DNA of 10,193 nucleotides from the NCBI GenBank assembly GCA_043732485.1, contig JAYTHP010000189.1, positions 1-10,193 on the forward strand, given 5' to 3'. A program made the position numbers and the translations under genes. The notes beneath the pieces are model-generated. The model had not been told where the DNA came from. It searched no databases and was given only the letters and a program-made list of their open reading frames with translations. The first letter of the stretch is position 1. Every line of letters begins with the position of its first letter. The stretch comes from Oligoflexia bacterium. Lineage in GTDB: Bacteria > Bdellovibrionota > UBA1018. Shown here one piece after another: positions 1 through 5,993 of this stretch.

Positions 1-213
1 GCTTCATCTTACCACGCTTTTGCAGCCAGCCGTACACAGTCGAAATGGCGACGTTTTCTTGTTCACAAATAATTGATATTGTTTGATTTTTCCGATTTAA
101 AACCTTAAGAAGGATCGAGTTTTTAAAGGCTTCTGAAAAGTGATGGCGTGCTCGCATTTTGCTCCAATTGACCCCCTGTTTTTGATGACCGCAATACGAC
201 AACTATCCTGACA
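1..213 (-). mobile_element. IS3-family insertion sequence, left end (continues beyond window start)
   Basis: The - strand from 213 reads TGTCAGGATAGTTGTCG, a 5'-TG start resembling terminal IRs I recall for IS3-family elements. An HTH transposase OrfA starts 56 nt inside, and the segment is more AT-rich than neighbouring genes. The right IR and target duplication are not visible. Confidence 0.7.
2..157 (-). CDS. IS3-family transposase OrfA, N-terminal HTH (3'-partial)
   Basis: Manual translation from ATG at 157 (GGAG just upstream): MRARHHFSEAFKNSILLKVLNRKNQTISIICEQENVAISTVYGWLQKRGKMK, open to the edge. It fits the HTH_Tnp_1 pattern (Y/F-S-x-x-F-K ... V-x-x-S-T-x-Y-x-W). Confidence 0.75.
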   Translation of the reverse strand, partial: MRARHHFSEAFKNSILLKVLNRKNQTISIICEQENVAISTVYGWLQKRGKMK

Positions 214-265
214 CAGGGGGCTTGCGAAGCGCTCATCTTCAGGCGCTTGTCAACGAGCGGATGAG

Positions 266-307
266 AAAAACTGCGCCCCGCTCCTAGTCTCTGGGAAGGG
301 GCGGGGG
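266..307 (-). terminator. possible intrinsic terminator downstream of the permease
   Basis: GC-rich inverted repeat CCCCGCTCCT (276-285) / AGGGGCGGGG (297-306). On the - strand it is followed by GCAGTTTTT. There is one mismatch in the - strand fold and the loop is 11 nt. Confidence 0.35.
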
Positions 308-398
308 AGTTTACAGTCGAGGTTGAAGCAAGAGTGACGCAAGCGCGGTCCGGTTTCCAGTGGCCAATGTCTTGCTTGGTCTCTCCTTCGTTCTTAAG

Positions 399-446
399 TA
401 GCCTCTTGAATAGCCTCTTGCAGGGCCTCGTGAAGCACCCCTTAAA
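399..446. repeat. degenerate 12-bp tandem repeat (about 4 units)
   Basis: TAGCCTCTTGAA TAGCCTCTTGCA GGGCCTCGTGAA GCACCCCTTAAA, reaching into the permease stop codon. Confidence 0.6.
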
Positions 447-2037
447 CTGTCCGTTCCGGAAAAGTGCGGCCATCGCCTGCTTGGAGTCCAATTTGAGAAA
501 TCAGCAGTGCGACGAAGCTGATGGCTGCGACACAGGCAACACTTGCCTGAAAAGACAGCGGCGGTAAAGACAGCGGATCTCGTTCGCGGTAACAGCTTAA
601 AGCCGTCAGTGCCGCAAGCTGGAGCGCAAACCAGCTTTGACGCAAGGCTTCCTTCGAGCCAAGGGCTTGCAAGAGAGGCTTCAGGCAGCGCTGGTGCTGT
701 TTGATTTTAAGCACCCCGTAAAACAGGCTCCAGAGGATAAAGAGTTGAAGCAGTGGCCAGAGCGCAGCCTTACCGCAGGACAACACCATCAAGTTGGAGA
801 TCATCAGTGCCACAAAGCAGATCGCTGGCGCGCCGCGCACCCGAAAGGGCCTGGGTGCGTCAGGCAGGGTCATTCTTAGCGCAAGCAGGCTTGCAGGCGC
901 CACCGTGTAGCAGATCACAAAGGCTGCCACCAGTAAGGTGATCATGGTGGTGAGGCTCGGCAAGAGGGCGTAAGCCAGACACTCTAAGGCTAGAACGCAG
1001 GCGATAAGTTTCTTGGCTGATCCGTGCGGGGTTTGTTGGAGGGTGGCGCTCAGTAGCCGCGGGGTTGCTCCCGCGTAATTGAAAGCGGTGCCAAGCGGCG
1101 AGATGACGGCATCGAGGTAAATCAGACCTAAGAGTTGGGGCAACTCCAGCGCTTGCGCCAGGCCCACGAAAGGCGCTTGATCGCCCGGAAAGGCAAGCGC
1201 GCTCCAGTCTTGCGTAGTGGCAAGCGGGAGGGCGGCGAGTAGAAAAACCAACTGGATCATTAGGTAAAGCAAGGCTGCAAGCAAAAGAGAGCCAAAGAGC
1301 GCAAAAGGCAGGGCTTTTTGAGGATTTCGCACCTCCGCTGCAAACAAGGCTGCTTGGTTGAAGCCATTAAATGAAAACAGAATGCCGCTTGCGGTGATGG
1401 CATGAAAAAGCGTGGCTGCTGATGAGGTTGCTGCTGACGGCCACAAGGCGCTCAGCCTTAAACGCTGCAAGGCGGGCAGCAGACCTCCGCCGCCCGGTGG
1501 GTGCGCGAGAGTGACCCAGAAAACCGCAATCAGCACAAGGGGCGTGATCAGCTTGAAGAGCACTAAGCCTTGGTTGAGCTGGGCTGTGAGGTGCACACCG
1601 TAGCGGTGCACTAGGGTGATGAGGGCAAGCGCGGCGAAGGCAGCGAAGTGGTGGGTGACCGGGTGGTGCGCAGGGTTGAGGAACAAGAAGTGGGGTGAGA
1701 GGTATTGCAAACTAGCTCGCACCTCAAGCGTAGGCAAGATCACATAAACCACGAGCTGGAACAGACTGAGGGTGAGTGCCAAGAATTCACCGTGGGTGGT
1801 TTTTGCAATCAGAGTCAGGCCGCCGGTTTTGGGAAAAAGCGTGATCACTTCTGCCAAGGCCAGCGCCATGATCGCTGAGAGCAGTGCTCCCACGATCCAA
1901 GCGAGGAGTGCCGCGGGGCCGAGCATTTTAGCAGCAAAAAACGGGGCAAAAAGCCACCCCGAGCCAAAAATAGCGGCAAACGAGATCATCAGCAGTTGTA
2001 GCGGAGAGAGGAGCTTTTTTTCTGCAGAAGGGTTCAT
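442..2037 (-). CDS. APC-superfamily amino acid permease (YveA/AGT-like)
   Basis: 531 aa with many hydrophobic segments. TM1 motif AIFGSGWLF followed by GPAALLAW, PKTGG loop, TM6 FSFNGF..A...AAEVRNPQKALP, LIYLDAVISPLGT, and RPFRV near the C-terminus. Confidence 0.93.
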   Translation of the reverse strand: MNPSAEKKLLSPLQLLMISFAAIFGSGWLFAPFFAAKMLGPAALLAWIVGALLSAIMALALAEVITLFPKTGGLTLIAKTTHGEFLALTLSLFQLVVYVILPTLEVRASLQYLSPHFLFLNPAHHPVTHHFAAFAALALITLVHRYGVHLTAQLNQGLVLFKLITPLVLIAVFWVTLAHPPGGGGLLPALQRLRLSALWPSAATSSAATLFHAITASGILFSFNGFNQAALFAAEVRNPQKALPFALFGSLLLAALLYLMIQLVFLLAALPLATTQDWSALAFPGDQAPFVGLAQALELPQLLGLIYLDAVISPLGTAFNYAGATPRLLSATLQQTPHGSAKKLIACVLALECLAYALLPSLTTMITLLVAAFVICYTVAPASLLALRMTLPDAPRPFRVRGAPAICFVALMISNLMVLSCGKAALWPLLQLFILWSLFYGVLKIKQHQRCLKPLLQALGSKEALRQSWFALQLAALTALSCYRERDPLSLPPLSFQASVACVAAISFVALLISQIGLQAGDGRTFPERTV

Positions 2038-2171
2038 GGCTTTGGCACCTGTTCCAGGGTGAGAGCTTCAGGCTGCAGTTGCGTGGGTGGTGTCGGAAGC
2101 CAAAACCCTGCCCTGAAAGAGAGTGAATCATGAGCGTCAGGCGCTAAGAGAAGCCGTACCCTCCAACAGTG

Positions 2172-2198
2172 AGCCTGACCAGTAGCCTGACCAGTAGC
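2172..2198. repeat. perfect 12-bp tandem duplication
   Basis: AGCCTGACCAGT AGCCTGACCAGT AGC upstream of the permease. Confidence 0.8.
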
Positions 2199-2269
2199 AT
2201 GCCTAGGGGAGCGGCGTCAATCAGGGGTGGGGGGTGGAGGGGGGGGGGTGTGGCCAGGGATCTCGTAGC

Positions 2270-2786
2270 TTCAAGAGGGAGGCACAGAACTTGTGGGTGG
2301 CGCGATTGCCGTAGTTTATGATCGAGCTCTTGCGCGGTCTGCGGCAAGCTCGTTCAGGTTGTTCATCAGGTCGACTATTAAAAACTCCGCAGTCAGCGCG
2401 CGTCTTGCAAATTTGTGCTAGCGGCGGAACGAATAGCTCAGCCCGCCTAGTTTGAAGACGCCGTGTCGTTTGTGGTTTTAGACAAGGTGCTGATTGTAGA
2501 GTGGTGTGGTTCCGATCCCCTGCGAAGGGTATTCAATGAGCGACGTGACCAAGAGTCGATGGTCTTTTAAAAAAGTTCGCACAAGGTCATGCTCGTCTGC
2601 CTGTAGCGTTCCAAAAATCGAGCTCTCAGGAGAGTGAGACCATCCCCTCAGCAGCTTCCTTAAAGCGCCTCGTGCCACCAAACCTTTGAGCTCGCGGTCA
2701 ATGCTTTTTGAAAATCGCGCTAAGTCAGCCCGGCGGCAGGTTCGCCCGGGTTTGAGGTGTGCGAGCAGCGGATTTCGTTACTTCAT
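2270..2786 (-). pseudogene. pseudogene of an AbiEi/DUF6088-like (type IV antitoxin-like, wHTH) protein
   Basis: One frame from ATG 2786 reads MK*RNPLLAHLKPGRTCRRADLARFSKSIDRELKGLVARGALRKLLRGWSHSPESSIFGTLQADEHDLVRTFLKDHRLLVTSLIEYPSQGIGTTPLYNQHLV*NHKRHGVFKLGGLSYSFRR*HKFARRALTAEFLIVDLMNNLNELAAD. Stops are at 2780-2778, 2480-2478 and 2420-2418. A shifted frame then gives SIINYGNRATHKFCASLL. The motifs match a conserved hypothetical family as I recall it (HLxPGxxYRRxDL, FLKD, GxGTTQLYN..VYNHKRHG, LTxEFLLVDLxNNL). Pseudogene status is more certain than the family name. Confidence 0.8.
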
Positions 2787-2799
2787 CGCAGCCGCCCGT

Positions 2800-4251
2800 T
2801 CAGTTTTTAGCTTTTTTAGGGACTAAGGGTGTGGTCGGACGAGGGTGAGCACGGACAAAGTGCTGATCCGCCTCCATCAGAATCTCCCGACTGGGGATCT
2901 CGGCCTTCAAGCGGGCCAAGAAGACAAACACTCCTGCCAGCTTGCGATCTAAGAAGGTGCTTTCTTGCGGCGGTGTGCGGGTCCGAAACTGCTTAAACAA
3001 GGCAGGGCCAGTCAGCGCCACCCGCTTGGGTAAGTCGCTTTCCCCCCAGCGGTAGTGTCCCTGAGAGTTAAAGAGCTGGGGGGGTACCCCCGGCGTGCCA
3101 GGGATGAAAAAAGGCTCGGTAATGAGATAACACAAGTGAATAAAGGTGTCGTTTTGCTCGGCTGAGTCGCCAGGAGTCAGGTAATGCAGGCCTTGCGCGC
3201 CTTCAATCAGGAGCGCTTCGTCACGCAAGTAGGACCCTTGGATCATTTTGTGATAGGCCCGCAAGTAGAGCTCCGGGATTTTTTTCACCGCGCCAAAGTC
3301 GAGCAAGACGATCTGGTCCTGACACTCTTCGCGCTGACCCTTGGGCTGCGCTAAGCGGATGCGATAATTGCCAAAGTGCGGGTCGGTTTGCATTGCTTGA
3401 AACTGAAACAGCTCCTTGAAGTAGAGCGCTAAAAAGGATTGGGCCAGCTGATTGCGCCGACTCTGGCTCAACGCTAAGATTTCTGGACTATCAATGCTGA
3501 GTCCCTCTTCAAAGCTGGTGGCAAGCACTCGCTGGGTGGAGTACCGAGGATAGGTCTTGGGCACCACAAACCGGGTGTCATCCTGGAGCAGTTGATGAAA
3601 CTCTTCCGTGAGCGCTTGCTCTTGCTGATAGTTCACCTCTTGCTGCAACATCAAACGGACTTCTTGAAATAGCTGATCGTAACGGTTCTTCTGCTGGGTC
3701 TTGTCGTCCTTGGGTGACAGCCACTGGGTCATCGAGAGAATCGATTTCAAGGCTTTCAAATCACCGTTTACCGCCTTATCCACCCCTGGGTATTGCACTT
3801 TTAAGGCTAAGAGCTCACCGGTTTTCCGGATGCGGGCCTTGTGGACTTGTCCCAACGAGGCTGCGCCAATCGCCGTTGGCTCAATTTCCAGCTCCGCTAA
3901 CTTCTCGGCGCCCAGTTCGCTTTGCAGCGACTTGACAATCTCACTCCAGTCTAAGGGGGGAGATTGATTTTGTAAGGACTTGAGGAATTGGTTGGCTTCT
4001 GCCGGTAAAAAGTGCTCGCCGTACGTCGACAGCAATTGCCCAACTTTCATCAGGCTGCCTTTCAGTTGCCCTAATTCCTCGCTGACCAAGCTCATCTGGT
4101 CGCTCACCATCTGGTTAAAGTGCTTAGTCTTCCGCTCTTCACTGGCAAAAAGCGTGCTCACCTGATGCGACGCTATCTTGGCCCCAGCACTGAGTGAGAC
4201 TTTGGCAAGGGCCAAACCACGAGAAAAAGGAGAACTTTTAATTTTTTTCAC
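2800..4251 (-). CDS. ABC1/AarF/UbiB-family atypical kinase (COQ8/ADCK-like)
   Basis: Motifs LKGSLMKVGQ (KxGQ), A-rich loop GAASLGQVHKA, ALKVQYPGV, EVNY, QTDPHFGNY and LLDFGA. The start is placed at GTG 4251 (AAGGA 5 nt upstream; 483 aa) rather than 4338, whose extra residues are low-complexity. Confidence 0.93.
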   Translation of the reverse strand: MKKIKSSPFSRGLALAKVSLSAGAKIASHQVSTLFASEERKTKHFNQMVSDQMSLVSEELGQLKGSLMKVGQLLSTYGEHFLPAEANQFLKSLQNQSPPLDWSEIVKSLQSELGAEKLAELEIEPTAIGAASLGQVHKARIRKTGELLALKVQYPGVDKAVNGDLKALKSILSMTQWLSPKDDKTQQKNRYDQLFQEVRLMLQQEVNYQQEQALTEEFHQLLQDDTRFVVPKTYPRYSTQRVLATSFEEGLSIDSPEILALSQSRRNQLAQSFLALYFKELFQFQAMQTDPHFGNYRIRLAQPKGQREECQDQIVLLDFGAVKKIPELYLRAYHKMIQGSYLRDEALLIEGAQGLHYLTPGDSAEQNDTFIHLCYLITEPFFIPGTPGVPPQLFNSQGHYRWGESDLPKRVALTGPALFKQFRTRTPPQESTFLDRKLAGVFVFLARLKAEIPSREILMEADQHFVRAHPRPTTPLVPKKAKN

Positions 4252-4368
4252 TTTTTTCCTTTCGCTTTCACTTTTTTCCCTTACTCCTGGATCTCTGGGG
4301 GCTTGGGGACTGAAGGGAAAGAAGAAGTTTCTGTACAACGGAAACCGCTCATGCTACCCCAGGTGTCT

Positions 4369-4515
4369 ATGGGAAAACGACTACGAGTAAAAAATGCCAA
4401 ACGCCGCAAGGATCAACTGACCGCCTTTTTAGCAGGAACGCTTCCTGCCCGCCATAAAGTGGCCTTCGAGCGCAGCCGCAAGGCCAGGCTCAAAAAAGCC
4501 AACACAATGGACTAA
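4369..4515 (+). CDS. small highly basic hypothetical protein (48 aa)
   Basis: MGKRLRVKNAKRRKDQLTAFLAGTLPARHKVAFERSRKARLKKANTMD. ATG start with AGGTG just upstream; it fills an otherwise empty gap and is followed by a terminator. Confidence 0.65.
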   Translation: MGKRLRVKNAKRRKDQLTAFLAGTLPARHKVAFERSRKARLKKANTMD

Positions 4516-4535
4516 TCGGTTGAAGTTTCGTCCTT

Positions 4536-4571
4536 ACAAAAAAGAAGACAAAAACTAGGACAAAAAACAGA
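4536..4571. repeat. degenerate 12-bp tandem repeat (3 units, A-tracts)
   Basis: ACAAAAAAGAAG ACAAAAACTAGG ACAAAAAACAGA. Confidence 0.55.
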
Positions 4572-4604
4572 GTGATAGGCTTGATTACAAGTCTATCACT
4601 TTTC
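4562..4604. terminator. bidirectional rho-independent terminator
   Basis: 13-bp stem AGTGATAGGCTTG / CAAGTCTATCACT (4571-4600, one G-U pair, loop ATTA), with an A-tract on the left and a T-tract on the right. It lies between the convergent small ORF and grxD. Confidence 0.8.
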
Positions 4605-4667
4605 GCGTTGCTAAGATCACTTTCTTGAAAAAAAAGAAAGTTTTTGTGAAAAAACGTGGGGATTCGT

Positions 4668-5000
4668 CTAAGCTTGAGCTGCTGGCGCACTCTTCAGTGC
4701 CGCTTGCAGTTCGCCTTTTTCGTACATTTCGGTCACGATATCACAGCCACCCACAAATTTGCCATGGATAAAGATCTGGGGCACGGTGGGCCACTGGGTG
4801 TATTCTTCTAAGGCATCCCATAAGGCTTCATCCGATAACACATCGACGCTGACCAGCTCGGGTGCGCCTGCGGCTTTCAGGACTTGGCAGGCTTTCGCGG
4901 AAAACCCACACTGTGGAAAGTGGGGTGAGCCTTTCATGAAAATAACAACGGGAGCGGAGCTGACTTTGCTGCTAACATCTGCAATTTGCGGGTGGGCCAT
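4668..5000 (-). CDS. grxD: monothiol glutaredoxin (Grx4/GrxD)
   Basis: FMKG..FPQCGFS active site, WPTVPQIFI and FVGGCDI; AGGAG upstream of ATG. Confidence 0.97.
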   Translation of the reverse strand: MAHPQIADVSSKVSSAPVVIFMKGSPHFPQCGFSAKACQVLKAAGAPELVSVDVLSDEALWDALEEYTQWPTVPQIFIHGKFVGGCDIVTEMYEKGELQAALKSAPAAQA

Positions 5001-5109
5001 GGGTTGGGTTCTCTTTCTCCTGGGTAAGGCAAGTGGGGGGGGGCGTTTTCGGTCAAAGCGAGTCTCCAGAGAGTCTGTAAAGAGTTTCGGTAGGGACCAA
5101 AGACTCGAC

Positions 5110-5337
5110 CTAAGGGGTTTGGGTTTTCAGCGTTAAGGCGTGCAGCTCGCCGCTATCAATTTCCGCTTGCACCTGGGCTAGCACCAAACGGTGTTGCTCG
5201 AGGGTGGATTTCCCCTGGAAGGCGCTTGAGATCAAGGACGCTTGATAATGATCTTGAGTGCCGGTGAGATCGGTGATCGTCACCACAGTTTCTGGGGCTA
5301 GGAGGGTAAGGCGGGCTTTGAGCTGATCGCTGGTCAT
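5110..5337 (-). CDS. bolA: BolA/IbaG family protein
   Basis: DLTGTQDHY, SSAFQGKS..EQHRLV and HALTLKT motifs; canonical adjacency to grxD; AGGT SD-like sequence upstream. Confidence 0.93.
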   Translation of the reverse strand: MTSDQLKARLTLLAPETVVTITDLTGTQDHYQASLISSAFQGKSTLEQHRLVLAQVQAEIDSGELHALTLKTQTP

Positions 5338-5354
5338 AGTGGCTGCAACCTACC

Positions 5355-5993
5355 TTATTTTGCAGGCTGAGTCAAAATTTGCGGGCAAAATTCCGCAAGG
5401 CAGCAGTTCTGACAGTGCGGCTTGCGCGCCTGACAGACGGCGCGACCGTGGTCAATCAGTAAGAGCCCCCAGTGCACCCAAGCGATTTCCGGGATTTGCC
5501 GCATCAAGTCTTGCTCAATCACCTCGGGTTCATCCGAGCGGGTCAGGCCCAGCCTGCGACTCAAGCGGCCAATGTGCGTATCGACTACCATGGCCGGGAT
5601 CTGAAAGCCTACCCCGCGGACCACGTTAGCTGTTTTGCGACCAATCCCTTGTAATTCAACGAGTTGCGCAAGTTGCTGGGGCACTTCCCCTTGATGGCGC
5701 TCCGTCAGTTGTTGCGAGGCTTTTTTCAGGGCTTTGGCTTTGGTGCGATAGAAGTTAACGGACGCTAGCAGGCGCTCAAGCGAGCTGAGGCGGGCCTTAC
5801 TCATCAAAGCTGGGGTGGGATAGCGCTGGAACAATGCCGGGGTGACTTGGTTGACGCGGGCATCGGTGCACTGGGCTGAAAGCAGAGTGGCCACCAACAG
5901 CTCAAAGTGATTGCGGTGGGTGAGACTGCAGCGGGCGTCAGGGTAGTGTTGCTCCAGCCTGCGCAAGATTGCTAGAACGCGCGTTTGAGCCAT
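5355..5993 (-). CDS. nth: endonuclease III (DNA glycosylase/AP lyase)
   Basis: LLVATLLSAQCTDARVN, HhH motif LQGIGRKTANVV (catalytic Lys), VDTH (catalytic Asp), and the C-x6-C-x2-C-x5-C [4Fe-4S] motif CQARKPHCQNCCLAEFC. Confidence 0.97.
   Translation of the reverse strand: MAQTRVLAILRRLEQHYPDARCSLTHRNHFELLVATLLSAQCTDARVNQVTPALFQRYPTPALMSKARLSSLERLLASVNFYRTKAKALKKASQQLTERHQGEVPQQLAQLVELQGIGRKTANVVRGVGFQIPAMVVDTHIGRLSRRLGLTRSDEPEVIEQDLMRQIPEIAWVHWGLLLIDHGRAVCQARKPHCQNCCLAEFCPQILTQPAK

Noticed and set aside
123..491. 122-aa - strand ORF and overlapping 334..567 + ORF
   Set aside because: They cross the permease end, a tandem repeat, a hairpin and the IS terminus, and have no recognisable motifs.
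2040..2170. Glycine riboswitch, or an AbiEii toxin remnant (MIHSLSGQGFGF), upstream of the permease
   Set aside because: Only a CTTTCAGG fragment matches the riboswitch and the GGAGA/CCGAAG core is missing. The peptide lacks the KGGT and RFSEDID toxin motifs.
2399..2462. Imperfect long hairpin (GCGTCTT...AAGACGC), plus a second at about 2538-2594, as an ncRNA such as 6S, SRP or a riboswitch
   Set aside because: No diagnostic motifs, and the region is explained as pseudogene coding sequence.
2478..2681. 67-aa ORF as a stand-alone gene or ankyrin fragment (GTTPL)
   Set aside because: It is the segment between two stops of the longer pseudogene frame.
2316..2786. Stop-codon reassignment or readthrough as the explanation for the in-frame TAA/TAG codons
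   Set aside because: TAA ends the permease and nth, and TAG ends grxD, bolA and polX at expected positions. The relic also has a frameshift, so decay is the simpler explanation.
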